Assembly: GCA_963775035.1 (NCBI GenBank) | Contig: CAVZHG010000014.1 | Span: 2,850-66,849 of the forward strand | DNA from: an uncultured Alphaproteobacteria bacterium | GTDB taxonomy: Bacteria > Pseudomonadota > Alphaproteobacteria > Rhizobiales > Hyphomicrobiaceae | Direction: 5' to 3' | DNA: 64,000 nt | In this document: positions 21,064 to 34,404 of the stretch, in pieces | Numbering within the stretch: the first letter of the stretch is position 1 | How the letters are laid out: every line of letters starts with the position of its first letter | Position numbers and translations under genes: made by a program | The notes under the pieces: model-generated | Database searches by the model: none | What the model was told of the DNA's origin: nothing | The model's input: the letters and a program-made list of their open reading frames with translations, nothing else

Positions 21064-22077
21064 TCACTTCTTCTTTGCGTTGAAGTCGTCGATCATCGCC
21101 TTGGCCTGATCATAGATCATGCGGCCATCGGGCTTCAGGCGCTTCACCCAGTTGTCGACGACCGTGCCGGCAGCCGTCTTCATCGTTTCGCGATCGGCCG
21201 CGGAAACCGGCACCGCCGTCATGCCTTCCTTGATCAGCCACTGGCGGCCATTCGTGGCGCCGCCGTACGTGCCCTTGCGCAGTTCGGCGAGGTATCCCGG
21301 GAACGCATCCATGACGGCCTTGCGCGATTCGGCCGGCAGCGCGTCGAGCGCCTTCTGGCTCACCATCACGAAGAAGCCGGCACCGGCGCTGCCGATGTCG
21401 TAGATGTACTTGGTGACCTCGTAGCCCTTGTTGAAGAAGTGCGGCGCGTCGGCGACCCAGTTGCCGTCGAGCAGGCCCTGCTGCAGGCCGGTATAGATCT
21501 CGGACGGTGCGACCGACACCGGCGTCAGGCCGATGAGGCGGCTGAACTCGGTCTCGGTCGGACCGGCGCTGCGGATCTTGCGGCCCTTGAGATCGGCCAG
21601 CGACTTGAACTCGGCCTTAGCATAGATCATCCGCGGCTCGGCCTGCAGGATGCCGACGAGATAGACGCCGTAGTTCTTTGCGAGATATTCGCGATAGGCC
21701 GGGGTCAGCGCATCCCACAGCTTGACGCGGAACTCGTAGTCCCAGGGCACGAACAGCGGCAGATCGAGCAGTTCGAGCGGCTGGGCTTCGCCGGCGACGT
21801 GGAAGCCCGCGACGCGGTAGATCGCCGTGAGGTTCTTGGAGACGGCGTCGAGCGAGTCCCGGCCCTTGAACAACGACTCCGTGGGATAGACGGCGATCTT
21901 CAACTTGCCATCAGTGGCCTTTTCGACGGTTGCCGCGAACTGCGTTGCGGCCTTCGGGCCCCAGTGCGACGCGGCGTCGACATCGCCGAGCGTCCAGTTG
22001 ACCTGAGCCTGTGTGGCCGGCGCACCGATCAGCGCCGCCAAAAGCAAAAAGAGCCCGAGCAGGGAAAACCGCTTCAT
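21064..22077 (-). CDS. dctP: TRAP transporter substrate-binding protein
   Basis: Signal peptide, DLKGRKIR, EIYTGLQQGLLDG. Confidence 0.9.
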   Translation of the reverse strand: MKRFSLLGLFLLLAALIGAPATQAQVNWTLGDVDAASHWGPKAATQFAATVEKATDGKLKIAVYPTESLFKGRDSLDAVSKNLTAIYRVAGFHVAGEAQPLELLDLPLFVPWDYEFRVKLWDALTPAYREYLAKNYGVYLVGILQAEPRMIYAKAEFKSLADLKGRKIRSAGPTETEFSRLIGLTPVSVAPSEIYTGLQQGLLDGNWVADAPHFFNKGYEVTKYIYDIGSAGAGFFVMVSQKALDALPAESRKAVMDAFPGYLAELRKGTYGGATNGRQWLIKEGMTAVPVSAADRETMKTAAGTVVDNWVKRLKPDGRMIYDQAKAMIDDFNAKKK

Positions 22078-22272
22078 CGCTTCCTCCGGATTTCATCGTT
22101 TTTTATGGATGTGCTGGCGCGGCCGAGAGCCCCGACAACACTCAGTGATTGCGTGGATTTTTGCGCCCCCCGAATAGCGATGTCAATCAACGTTCAGTCC
22201 CCAGCAATGCACTCAGCGAAGGGGAGGCTGCTCATTGTTCGGCGGCGGCGGGCGGGGCGCCAGCGGCCGCCG

Positions 22273-22347
22273 TGGCTGGGGCGGGAGGGTTCGAACCTCC
22301 GCATGGCGGAATCAAAATCCGCTGCCTTACCACTTGGCTACGCCCCA
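22273..22347 (-). tRNA. tRNA-Gln (TTG)
   Basis: TGGGGCGTAGCCAAGTGGTAAGGCAGCGGATT-TTG-ATTCCGC...GGTTCGAACCCT...CCA. Confidence 0.97.
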
Positions 22348-22583
22348 TCATGATGCCAGACGCGGCCGTGCGCCTGCACCAAACGCTCGTCGGCAGTAGA
22401 TGCTGCATCGCGCAGCGCCGCCGGATCTCCGATCGCCAGCAGCGCGGCCAGCAGCCAGCAAAATCGGCCTCCTGAACGGGGCGGACCATACTCTGTCCAT
22501 TCTGGGCCCGCAACCGGGCCCGACGCACTCGTCCGATCGCGGGCTTGATATCGGTGTGTGCCTTCCTTATAGCTCTCACCGAC

Positions 22584-22675
<92 letters not shown>

Positions 22676-22805
22676 GCACGTAGCCGTGCGTGAACTCATC
22701 CGACCGGCCTCATCCCCACCTGTGAGATCCAGCGTGCCGTGATGCTGGTCGAAGGCGCGCGATGACCGTGGGACTCGATGTTGTGAGATTTCATTCCACG
22801 AGGCA

Positions 22806-23567
22806 GTGGCTGGCTTCCGAGACGTTTGGCTTTCGCCCTCCTCGAAGGACGTGTGCATGCTGGGATCGTCACTCAAAGATCTGGTGAAATCGGCTGTACG
22901 CGCGGGTGTTACGGGAGCCGCGCCCGGTGACAGTTCGCAGGCGTGGGATGATGGTTCAGGCGGGCCGAAGAACATCATGATTCCGCGCTATCACAACCTG
23001 GAGAACAAGGCGGGGGGTGCTTTTTTGCGTGGCTATGGGATCTTTGGAGGCATCGGGCGGGAACCGTCGCCTTCCAGAAAGCGCCGCGGGAGCGATGGCA
23101 GCGAAGTGCCTCTAGGTCTGGTCGCCTACGGTGAAATGCTGCCACGATCTGAAAATCGCGCAGTGCTCGATCGCGAGAGCCTGGATGCCTGGGGGATACC
23201 TACGCTCAACATCGATTGCGCGTATTCCAGCAACGAGCACGCGATGATCGATCACATGCTGGCGCAGCTCCACGAGATGGTTGACGTCGCCGGCGGTCGC
23301 GTTGGGGGAACGCATCGCTTCGCTCCTGGCGGGTTCGTGCACGAAACCGGAACTGCGAGAATGGGCAGCGATCCCAGGGCGTCGGTGCTGAACGGGTTCG
23401 GTCAGTGCTGGGATGCCGACAATGTTTACGTGATGGACGGAGCGTCCTGGCCAACCAGCGCTTGGCAAAATCCAACGTTCACGATGATGGCGGTGGCTGG
23501 GCGGGCAAGCGAGCATCTCGCAGCGAGTGTGATCGCCAAGCGGATCCAGCACCCGCAAACGGCATGA
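22806..23567 (+). pseudogene. GMC-family oxidoreductase, C-terminal fragment only
   Basis: YGEMLPR, HETGTARMG, NVYVMDGASWP, NPTFTMMA; FAD-binding N-terminus absent. Confidence 0.7.
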
Positions 23568-23968
23568 AGGGCTGCGCGGGGCGCCGCCGATATCGTGAGT
23601 GGCGGGACCGAAATGGTAGTTGACTCTTCGCCGCTCGTGCGAATCTCCGGTGACCTTAAGCTTCTCGCCGCATCGCAAGATGGGCAAAAATTTACCATGA
23701 CGGCAGCCAGATGGCGCTCACCGAGGGTGTCGGAAGATGCGACTTCCACGTCCCTCTGGAGAGACTATGTGTGCCCGAAATGCATCGCTCGGGCGTGTTT
23801 TCGAAATGTGAATAAAGTGTGCTGTTACAGCGGCAAATTTACGCTTTGTTAACGTCAAATTTGAGGATATATGATGATGATTGCTTATGGCAGCCGTGGG
23901 CTGGGGACTCACGACGCAGTTGCTAGAGCACTTATTTTTGCAGCTTTGTGCGTTTGTGAGTATCGCCT

Positions 23969-25426
23969 ATGTGGCAGTCTTCGGCTCGTGACGTCGTGTT
24001 GCCGCCAGGCGGGCGGTCGCAGGGACGGCTCTCTCGGTCGCTGGTCGGTTCCGCACTTCAACGGCATTGCCTGCAGTTTCTTGCTGTCTCGCAGGCCGCC
24101 GTCGTAATCCTGGCAGGCGGTGCCGCAAAGATCACTTATCTCGACATTGCGCTTGGAAGCTCGCCGGATAACTTGGCGTATCTGGCGCCGGCCGTCGTCC
24201 TGGCGATCGCACTCCACTACTTCTACAAGCAGATGCGCCTTCACGAGATCGATGCGCTGATGGGGCCCACGATCGGCTTCGGGCGCATCTGGGCCGGGCT
24301 GGCTCTCGCCTTCATGATGCTGCTCGGTGGGTTATACCTGCTCAAGATCGCCGATTTCTACTCACGTGCGTGGTTCCTCATCTGGTTCGCGCTCTGCGCG
24401 GTGGCCATCGTGGTCGTGCGCTGGGCGTTCATGCAGGGATTGCAGACCCTGGCACGGACCGGGCAGCTCACGCGCCACTTCGCGGTGCTGGGAACGAAGG
24501 AATACATTGATGCAGTGAAGGTCGAGATCGAGAAGGATACGTCCCACGCCATCGTCAGCGGCATGTGCCTCGGCGATGTGGACACCGGCAGCCATCTTCC
24601 GGATCTCGAGATCATCCGCGAACTTCAGGCCGCCATGCAGGCAGGCGCGTTCGATAAGGTCATTATCGCGCTTCCGGCAAACGACAAGGCGCGTATTCGC
24701 CTCGTGCTGCGTAGGCTTGCCCCCCTGGCGCCGGAAATACTGCTCTGCACGGACCTGCACGCGCTTCCGATTCCGGTGCACGGATCACGGGCGATCGGCA
24801 ATTTGCGCGCCGACGTTGCCAGCCCGGTGCCCGCCGCCGAACAGGATCGGCTCGAGAAGCGTCTGTTCGATGTCGTCGTCGCGGCGATTGGGCTTCTCCT
24901 GGTATTTCCGTTGCTCGTGCTGGTCGCTCTGGCGATCAAGCTCGACAGCCCAGGTCCGGTGTTCTTCCGGCAGCGGCGCTACGGACGCAACAATTGCATC
25001 TTCCGGATCTTCAAGTTCCGGACCATGACCGTGGCGGAAGATGGCGATCGGGTCATCCAGGCGGCGCGCAATGACGCTCGCGTAACCCGGGTCGGGCGCC
25101 TCCTTCGCTCGACGAGCTTCGATGAGATCCCGCAGCTCATGAACGTCCTGCTCGGGCAGATGTCGCTCGTCGGTCCGCGTCCGCACGCGCTGGCTCATGA
25201 GGATCGGTTCGAAGAGGACTTCGACCTGTTCTCCAGGCGTCGCCGAGTCCTCCCCGGCATCACCGGTTGGGCGCAGGTCAACAAATGCAGAGGCGAGACC
25301 AAGACGCCCGAGGATGTCGAAAAGCGGATGGACTATGACCTGTTCTATATCGACAACTGGTCGATATGGTTCGACATGGAAATTATCGTGCGCACGCTCC
25401 TGACGGTCGGACGAGGCGCTTACTAG
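23969..25426 (+). CDS. Undecaprenyl-phosphate glycosylphosphotransferase (WcaJ/ExoY-like priming transferase)
   Basis: KRLFD, SPGPVFFRQRRYG, FKFRTM, DEIPQLMNVL, SLVGPRP, PGITGWAQV. Confidence 0.9.
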   Translation: MWQSSARDVVLPPGGRSQGRLSRSLVGSALQRHCLQFLAVSQAAVVILAGGAAKITYLDIALGSSPDNLAYLAPAVVLAIALHYFYKQMRLHEIDALMGPTIGFGRIWAGLALAFMMLLGGLYLLKIADFYSRAWFLIWFALCAVAIVVVRWAFMQGLQTLARTGQLTRHFAVLGTKEYIDAVKVEIEKDTSHAIVSGMCLGDVDTGSHLPDLEIIRELQAAMQAGAFDKVIIALPANDKARIRLVLRRLAPLAPEILLCTDLHALPIPVHGSRAIGNLRADVASPVPAAEQDRLEKRLFDVVVAAIGLLLVFPLLVLVALAIKLDSPGPVFFRQRRYGRNNCIFRIFKFRTMTVAEDGDRVIQAARNDARVTRVGRLLRSTSFDEIPQLMNVLLGQMSLVGPRPHALAHEDRFEEDFDLFSRRRRVLPGITGWAQVNKCRGETKTPEDVEKRMDYDLFYIDNWSIWFDMEIIVRTLLTVGRGAY

Positions 25427-25926
25427 CTCTTGTTGGATACTGTCGGCGCGCTGGCAGCGACACGGGTGAAAATCGCTTGTGCCGCGCGGGTCGTCGAGGC
25501 GCTCGACCGCGCTATTGGCTGTCCTCGACACGCGCACCGGCCGCATCGCGAAAACATCGCTCGACAGCCATCTCGCGTTCGACAACGACGAAGCTCAGTG
25601 GGATTTCCTGAGCCGCACGCCGAGATCTTCGAGCGCTCGCCGGCGCAACGGGTTGCTTGCATCATGACGAGAATGGGCGAGACCGCAGGGGCGCGGCAGC
25701 CCGTGAGCGAGCGATTTGGCGTTTAATATTGACAACTTGTTGGAACCGTACCGCAAACTTCTGTTCCAGACCGTCGGATAGTCTGGCAGACCGTGCTTCG
25801 ATGAAAGCTCCGCGCCTTCAAATGAGAGCCACAGGCCGCGAGACCTTGCGTCGAACGAGTTCACGTATTGCCACTTCAGGCGAGCTCAATGTCAACACGG
25901 CGGACCATCTTGCGGCGAAAGCGACG

Positions 25927-26967
25927 ATGAGCGGCAGACAGATCGCCTATGTGATGGAGCAGACGCTCGGGAACATCACGCATTACCTCAACTTGCGGCG
26001 CGCGGAAGCAATGGCCGAAAGGCCGGGCCCGCTTTGGCTGCCGATTGAGTACCGCGCAAGTCGTGCTCCGTGGACCATCACGGGCGGTCAACTGGCGCGC
26101 AAGGCCTTGGTCGATGTCATGCCGCAAGTGGATGGCATGTTCATACACACGACGACGCTCGCGCTTTTGTGCGTGGATCTGTTCCGCAAGAAACCGGCCG
26201 TGCTTTCCACGGACGGCACACCGTCCAACAAACGCTATATGCGTGATGCGTACGGCCTCAAGAAGCAGGGACGCCTGCGTGAACGCGGCAAACGGGCGCT
26301 CTTTGGGCATGTATATGGCATGGCCGCGGGGCTTGTCGGCTGGTCAAACTGGGTCAAGCAGTCGTTCGTCGAGGACTATGGCTATCGGGAGGAAGACGTT
26401 GCCGTGATCCCACCCGGGATCGATGTCGACCAGTTCGTCGCCGGCGACCGAAATCACGAGCTGCCGCGAATTCTGTTCGTCGGTGGTGACTTCGAGCGCA
26501 AAGGGGGCTTGCTCCTGCTCGACGTATTCCGGCAGCGCCTGCGCGGCCGCGCGGAACTCATTCTGGTTACCCGGGATGACGTGAAGGCGGAGCCGGGAGT
26601 CGCCGTGCACCGCGATGTGCAGGCCAACTCGCCACGATTGCGCGAGCTGTACGCGACGTCCGACCTGTTCGTGCTGCCCACTCTCGCCGATTGCTTCTCG
26701 CTGGTCGTGATGGAGGCGCTCGCGGCAAGCATGCCCGTCGTTACGACCCGGGTGGGTGGCATTCCGGACCTGGTATTGGAGGGAAAGACCGGCCACCTGG
26801 TCGAACCGGGTGACAGTGCAGCACTGGGGGACGCGGTCGAGGCATTGGTTACAGATGCGAGCCTTCGCCGCAGTATGGGCGAACACGGTCGCGCAGATGT
26901 GCTCCAGCGTTTCGATGCCAGAGAGAACTCCCGCCGCTTATTCGAGTTTGTTCGCTCGCGCTGCTAG
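25927..26967 (+). CDS. GT4-family glycosyltransferase
   Basis: ILFVGG..RKG, DLFVLPT...MEALAAS.PVVTT. Confidence 0.9.
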   Translation: MSGRQIAYVMEQTLGNITHYLNLRRAEAMAERPGPLWLPIEYRASRAPWTITGGQLARKALVDVMPQVDGMFIHTTTLALLCVDLFRKKPAVLSTDGTPSNKRYMRDAYGLKKQGRLRERGKRALFGHVYGMAAGLVGWSNWVKQSFVEDYGYREEDVAVIPPGIDVDQFVAGDRNHELPRILFVGGDFERKGGLLLLDVFRQRLRGRAELILVTRDDVKAEPGVAVHRDVQANSPRLRELYATSDLFVLPTLADCFSLVVMEALAASMPVVTTRVGGIPDLVLEGKTGHLVEPGDSAALGDAVEALVTDASLRRSMGEHGRADVLQRFDARENSRRLFEFVRSRC

Positions 26968-27033
26968 CTGTCTGGTCCCGGCATTGGTTGGCTCGGCGGG
27001 GAAGCGGGTGGTTCGCACTCATCCCGAAAAGCG

Positions 27034-27762
27034 CTAGCCTTGGCCGGCGAGCCGCACGGAATTCTCGGCGTCGATGAAGCGAATGGCGAGATCGATCGCG
27101 CGATCGCTGGCTTCGACCGCAACGGCCCCGACGATGGTGTCCAGCACGTCGAACCCCCTGAACTGCCATCTCGACAGCTCGGATGTGCCGCCTCGGATGG
27201 CGATCGCCCTGATATTCGGGCCGATCGAAAGGTCGAACTCCACGCTCTTGAATCCCCCAGCGAGTCCCTCACCGGTCGCCTTGAGGTAGGCCTCCTTGGC
27301 GACCCATCCGCGAAAGAACACGCGCATCCGGTCGGCGGGCGCGACGGTCGCGTATCTCTCGGCCTCGCGCACGGAGAAGACGTTCTTGGCGATGTCGCCG
27401 ACAGTATCCCGAAGCGCTTCGATGTCCACGCCGATGGCGGGGAAGGCGCCGACCGCCAGCGCGCAATAGCCGCCGCTGTGCGAGAGGTTGAAGGTGAACG
27501 GCGATGACGGAGCGACGAGGCGTGGTTTGCCGCGCGTACCGGTGGCGATCACGATATCCGCCTCCGCGCAGCCGCAGGCCGATGCCAGCAACTCTCTCGC
27601 AATCCCGCGGCTGACGACGAACTCCCGCGCCGCCGACTCGAGCTTGATCTTGCCCGCCCGCTCCTGCTCATCAGCCGACAGCACAGCATGAAGGGCGGCG
27701 AGCCGCGCCGCCGAAACGGCGAGCGGCCAAACCGAAATGGTGACTGTCTCCTTGCCGTTCAT
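27034..27762 (-). CDS. Sfp-type 4'-phosphopantetheinyl transferase
   Basis: GKPRL, FNLSHSG, GVDIE, WVAKEAYLKA.GEG. Confidence 0.9.
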   Translation of the reverse strand: MNGKETVTISVWPLAVSAARLAALHAVLSADEQERAGKIKLESAAREFVVSRGIARELLASACGCAEADIVIATGTRGKPRLVAPSSPFTFNLSHSGGYCALAVGAFPAIGVDIEALRDTVGDIAKNVFSVREAERYATVAPADRMRVFFRGWVAKEAYLKATGEGLAGGFKSVEFDLSIGPNIRAIAIRGGTSELSRWQFRGFDVLDTIVGAVAVEASDRAIDLAIRFIDAENSVRLAGQG

Positions 27763-28121
27763 GCAAGCCTTCGGTGACCCACGTTTCGCACAGCTTCGCG
27801 CGACCGGCCGCAGTGTACCGCGACAGCGGTCAGATGGCACTCGCCGTGGTGTCGAACGGGCCGGCTTCTGCAACGTCGCGCCTGAGCGATTTCATGGCGC
27901 TGCCGATGCGCCCAAGGGCTGGGGTTCATGTCGTTGCTACCGCCGCAAACCGTCTCAAACGGTCAGTACGGGCGATACTCGGCTCGCGGCACATAGGTCG
28001 ATATCGAAACTCAGGACGCCAGGGCGGTCGAGCACGCTGTGATTCCCGAGCGCTTCCTGCACACCGGGCGCCCGCAAAAAAGCTTGAGCACCTATCAAAC
28101 GCCTGAAAAAAGGAAATTTTC

Positions 28122-28196
28122 TGGTGGGCGCGACAGGGATTGAACCTGTGACCCCACCCGTGTGAAGGGTGTGCTCTACCGCTGAGCTACGCGCCC
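28122..28196 (-). tRNA. tRNA-Val (CAC)
   Basis: GGGCGCGTAGCTCAGCGGTAGAGCACACCCTT-CAC-ACGGGTG...GGTTCAATCCCTG...CCA. Confidence 0.97.
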
Positions 28197-28288
28197 GCAG
28201 CCTGCCACGGCGCCGGCAGGCCGGGCGCGAAAGGCCCTCGCTCTTTATCGCAGGGGGCGATGCCGCGCAACGGCGAAACGAGCGGCCG

Positions 28289-29612
28289 TCAGTTCGACTG
28301 CGTTTCCTGGCCGTCCTGGAGGGCCAGGACGTGGCCGGCGAGGTAGAGCGAGCCGCAGATCAGGATGCGCAGGGGGCCGTCGTCGACGGATTGGGCGATC
28401 GCCAGCGCCGCCGCGATATCGGGGGCCGCGGTTGCATCGAGGCCGGCGTCGCGGGCGGCGTCGGCCAGAGTCATCGGGCAGATGCGGCGGCTGGTGGGCG
28501 CCCGGCACCGGCACCGTGATCACGTTGCGCGCGAGACCGGCGAACGGCTGCAGGAAGCCCTTGGCGTCCTTCTGGCCCATCATGCCGACAATGAGCACCA
28601 GCGGGCGCGGCGAACGCTCCTCGAGATCGGCCATCGTGCGGGCGAGGACCTCGCCGGCCGCCGGGTTGTGCCCGCCGTCGAGCCACAGCTCGCAGTCCGG
28701 CCGATGTCGCGGGTGAGGGTGCCGCTGCCAAGGCGCTGCATCCGCGCCGGCCAGCGCGCGGCGGTGAGGCCGGCCGCGATCGCGCGCTCGTCGATCCCGA
28801 GTTCCAGCGCCGCGGCGACCGCCGTGCCCGCGTTGACGATCTGGTGCGGCCCGATCAGCGACGGCAGCGGCAGGTCGAGCAGGCGGTCCTCGCGCTGGAA
28901 GACGAGGCGGCCGCGCTGCGTTAAACGCCTCGAAGTGCTCGCCCCAGCGGATGAGTGATGCGCCGCGCTTGCGCGCCTCCGCCTCCAGCACGTCATCGAC
29001 CTCCGGTGTCTGGCGCGCGATGACGCACGGCGACGCCGCGCTTCAGGATGCCGGCCTTTTCCGCCGCGATCTTCTCGACGGTGTCGCCGAGCTTGTCGGC
29101 GTGATCCATGGAGATCGGCGTGATGATCGTGAGCGCCGGGTTTGTCGACGACGTTGGTCGTGTCGAGACGGCCGCCGAGCCCGACTTCGAGCAGCAGGAA
29201 ATCCGCCGGCGTCTCGGAGAACGCGAGAAACGCCGCCGCGGTGGTGATCTCGAAGAAGGTGATGGCGTGCCCGGCGTTGACGTCGGCGACCCGCTGCAGC
29301 AGCGCCGCAAGCGCATCCTCGTCGATCGGCTTCGCGCCATCGGGGTCCGGCCAGCGCGATGCGCTCGTTGAAGCGCACGAGATGGGGCGAGGTGTAGACG
29401 TGGACGCGCTTTCCCGCCGCCTCCAGCATCGCCTTGAGGAAGGCGGTGGTCGAGCCCTTGCCGTTGGTGCCGGCGATATGCACGACCGGCGGCAGCTTGT
29501 CCTGCGGGTTGCCGAGGCTCGCGAGCATCCGCTCGACGCGCTCCAGCGACAGGTCGATGAGCAGCGGATGGAGCTGCTTCATCGACGCGAGCAGGTCATC
29601 GAGGCGGGTCAT
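28289..29612 (-). CDS. folC: Bifunctional folylpolyglutamate/dihydrofolate synthase (several frameshifts)
   Basis: [42 protein letters not shown]. Confidence 0.9.
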
Positions 29613-29695
29613 TCGGCAGCCGATCGTGACGTGAGGTGCGCGCGGCGGGCGCCATCGCATCCGGCACCCGCATCGTTGAGAGTCGGCCGCTGCTC

Positions 29696-30796
29696 TCACG
29701 GCGTGCTGGAGGCACCTTTGCCGGGCGGCTTCGCGGATGGGTCCGCGGCGCGACCCTGCGGCCCGGCGCCCTTCTTCGATGAGGTCACGAAACGCTCCTC
29801 GTCGGCGACCGGCTCGACGTCGACCACCGCCTCGGCGTCCTTGCCGCGGGAGCCGAGCAGCTTGGCTGAGACCGGGGTGCCGTTGGCGTGACCGTTGACG
29901 TGGCGCAGCGGATCCGACGCCTTCGCCGCGCCGGCGGGCTTGCCGCGGCCCGCCGTCAGGATGCCGACGATGCGCGCCAGCGTTTCAGTGAGCTTGTTGC
30001 GATGCACGACCATGTCGATCATGCCGTGGGCCAGCAGGTATTCGGCGCGCTGGAAACCCTCGGGCAACTGCTCGCGGATCGTCTGCTGGATTACGCGCGG
30101 GCCGGCAAAGCAGATGAGCGCGCCGGGCTCCGCGATCTGGATATCGCCCAGCATCGCGTAGGATGCCGTCACGCCACCGGTCGTCGGATCGGTCAGCACG
30201 ACGATATAGGGAAGGTGCGCCTCGCGCAGCTTCTGCACCGCGATGGTCGTGCGCGGCATCTGCATCAGCGAGAGGATGCCTTCCTGCATCCGCGCGCCAC
30301 CCGAGGCCGCGAACAGGATGAAGGGATGGCCGCGCGCAACCGCGTGCAGCATTCCCGTGATGATGGCCTCGCCCGCCGCCATGCCGAGCGAACCGGCCAT
30401 GAAGCGGAAGTCCTGGGCGACCGCGACCACCGATTGGCCGCCGAGCCGGCCCTCGCCGATCAGGATCGCGTCGTCGAGGCCCGTCGCCGCCTTGCTGTCC
30501 TTGAGGCGGTCGGTATAGCGGCGCCCGTCGCGGAATTTCAGCGGATCGACCGGCACCGCCGGGGAGGGGATCTTCGTGTAGCTGCCGCCGTCGAACATCA
30601 GCTTCAGGCGCTGATCGGCGGAGATGCGGTCGTGATGGCCGCAGCACGGGAACACGTAGTGCGTGTCCTCGAGCGTGCGCCGGTCCGACATCTGCCCGCA
30701 GCCCGGGCACTTCTTCCAGAAATCGTCCGGCGGCTCACGACGCGTCGTGAGCAGGCTCCGTATCTTCGGACGGACGACGTTGTTGATCCAGTTCAC
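29696..30796 (-). CDS. accD: Acetyl-CoA carboxylase carboxyltransferase beta subunit
   Basis: [40 protein letters not shown]. Confidence 0.95.
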   Translation of the reverse strand: MNWINNVVRPKIRSLLTTRREPPDDFWKKCPGCGQMSDRRTLEDTHYVFPCCGHHDRISADQRLKLMFDGGSYTKIPSPAVPVDPLKFRDGRRYTDRLKDSKAATGLDDAILIGEGRLGGQSVVAVAQDFRFMAGSLGMAAGEAIITGMLHAVARGHPFILFAASGGARMQEGILSLMQMPRTTIAVQKLREAHLPYIVVLTDPTTGGVTASYAMLGDIQIAEPGALICFAGPRVIQQTIREQLPEGFQRAEYLLAHGMIDMVVHRNKLTETLARIVGILTAGRGKPAGAAKASDPLRHVNGHANGTPVSAKLLGSRGKDAEAVVDVEPVADEERFVTSSKKGAGPQGRAADPSAKPPGKGASSTP

Positions 30797-30960
30797 GCTC
30801 GTGTCCCGATTCCTTCGAGCGGCACTTTGTCAGCTCGGCCGCTTCTATCGATCGTACCCGATCTGCGGGCTTGCACGATCCATCGCCGTTTAATTGTGGC
30901 AAACCTGTGGCGAAGGTCCTTTCGAACCCGGTTGACACGGCGTTGCCGATAAAGTGCACA

Positions 30961-31813
<853 letters not shown>

Positions 31814-31828
31814 GAACGGTCGGCCTTC

Positions 31829-32265
31829 CTAGTTGGCGTCGATATCGTCGAGCGTCGCCTTGAGCGCCTCGAGTATTTCGGTGCGCAGATCCTGCTCGTC
31901 CTGCGGGCGCTCGGCCATGTCACCGGGCACGACGATGTGGGCGATGTCGGCGCGCAGCGCCTGGATCAGGTCGGCGCCTGCGAGCCCACGGCGTGCGCTT
32001 GCAAGCTGCGCGTCATCGTTGGCCGCTTTGACGGCGGCGATATCGCGCGGCCGGGACGGCGTCGATTTTGCCTCGGGCATCGCTGCCGCGTTGCGACCGG
32101 GAAACATCTTCTTGTGCAGCCCTTCGATGTAGCTGGCGTCCTCGGCATCGAGCGTGCCCGCCTTGTGGTCGGCAAGGAGGTCGCGCAGCGTAGTCCTTGG
32201 TCTCGTCCCACACTCCCGTGTGCTTGAGAAGATCCTCGATGCGCTGCTCGATGGTGCGCTGACAT
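31829..32265 (-). CDS. Hypothetical protein between trpB and trpA (frameshifted)
   Basis: Continuous GC-biased reading ending ...EILEALKATLDDIDAN*; no recognisable motif. Confidence 0.5.
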
Positions 32266-32289
32266 GGTCGCTCCGCTCTCCCCGTCCGA

Positions 32290-33534
<1,245 letters not shown>

Positions 33535-33588
33535 TGGGTTCACTTGATCCGATTGAGGCGCCAGAGACGCGAAATCTGATGCGCGATC

Positions 33589-34250
33589 TTATGCAGGAAC
33601 ATGTGCCGCGTGGGCGGCGGCGATAAACCGGCGAATGAGATCCGGGCTCTTGACGCCGGGCGCGGTTTCGACGCCCGACGAGACGTCGACGATGGTGGCG
33701 CCGGTCGCGGCGATGGCGGCCACGACGTTGTCCGGCGTCAGCCCGCCCGACAGCATGAACGCCACGCGATCCTTGACCGCCGCAATGAGGCGCCAATCGA
33801 ACGCGAGGCCGTTGCCACCCGGCAGCGCGCCGGCGAGATCCTTCGGTGCTTTGGCGTCGAACAGGATGAGTTGCGCGATGCCTCGACGTAGTCCAGCGCC
33901 CGCTCGGCGTCGCCGGCGCTCTCGACCTTGATCGCCTTGATCACCGGACGGCCCCAGCGGCGCACGATCTCGGCTGAGCGCTCGGGCGTCTCGGAGCCAT
34001 GGAGCTGGAGGAAGTCGGGAGAAACGGTGGTCACGATCCGTTCGATCGTCGCGTCGTCGGCATCGACGATAAGGGCCACGATGCTGGCACGCCCGCGCGC
34101 AAGTTCGGCAAGCTCGGCGGCAACCTCGGGCATCAGGCTGCGCGGGCTCGGCGGATAGAAGACGAAACCGACGAAATCGGCACGCGCGGCGAGCGCCGCC
34201 TGGAGCGCCTCCGGCGTCTTGATCCCGCAGATCTTGACCTTCACCTGCAT
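33589..34250 (-). CDS. trpF: Phosphoribosylanthranilate isomerase (frameshifted)
   Basis: VKICGI, LQLHGSE, LSGGLTPDNV, VDVSSGVE. Confidence 0.92.
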
Positions 34251-34404
34251 TGCGCGGTCCGCTTGCCCATTCCAATGGTTAACGGCTGCCCGAAAGCGGC
34301 GGTTGCCCGCATCCTATGCCGGTTTTTCGGGCCTGGAGCAACGATTGCCCACCATCCCGCGGAAACGCCGATCAGGATGGTTTCGATCGCGGCTACCGCC
34401 GGCC

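Noticed and set aside
23846..23860. FNR/FixK-like box TTGTTAACGTCAA upstream of the priming transferase
   Set aside because: Spacing is one base short and the half-sites are mismatched.
22676..28121. Prophage or ICE at the tRNAs
   Set aside because: No integrase, phage or conjugation genes and no visible att duplication.
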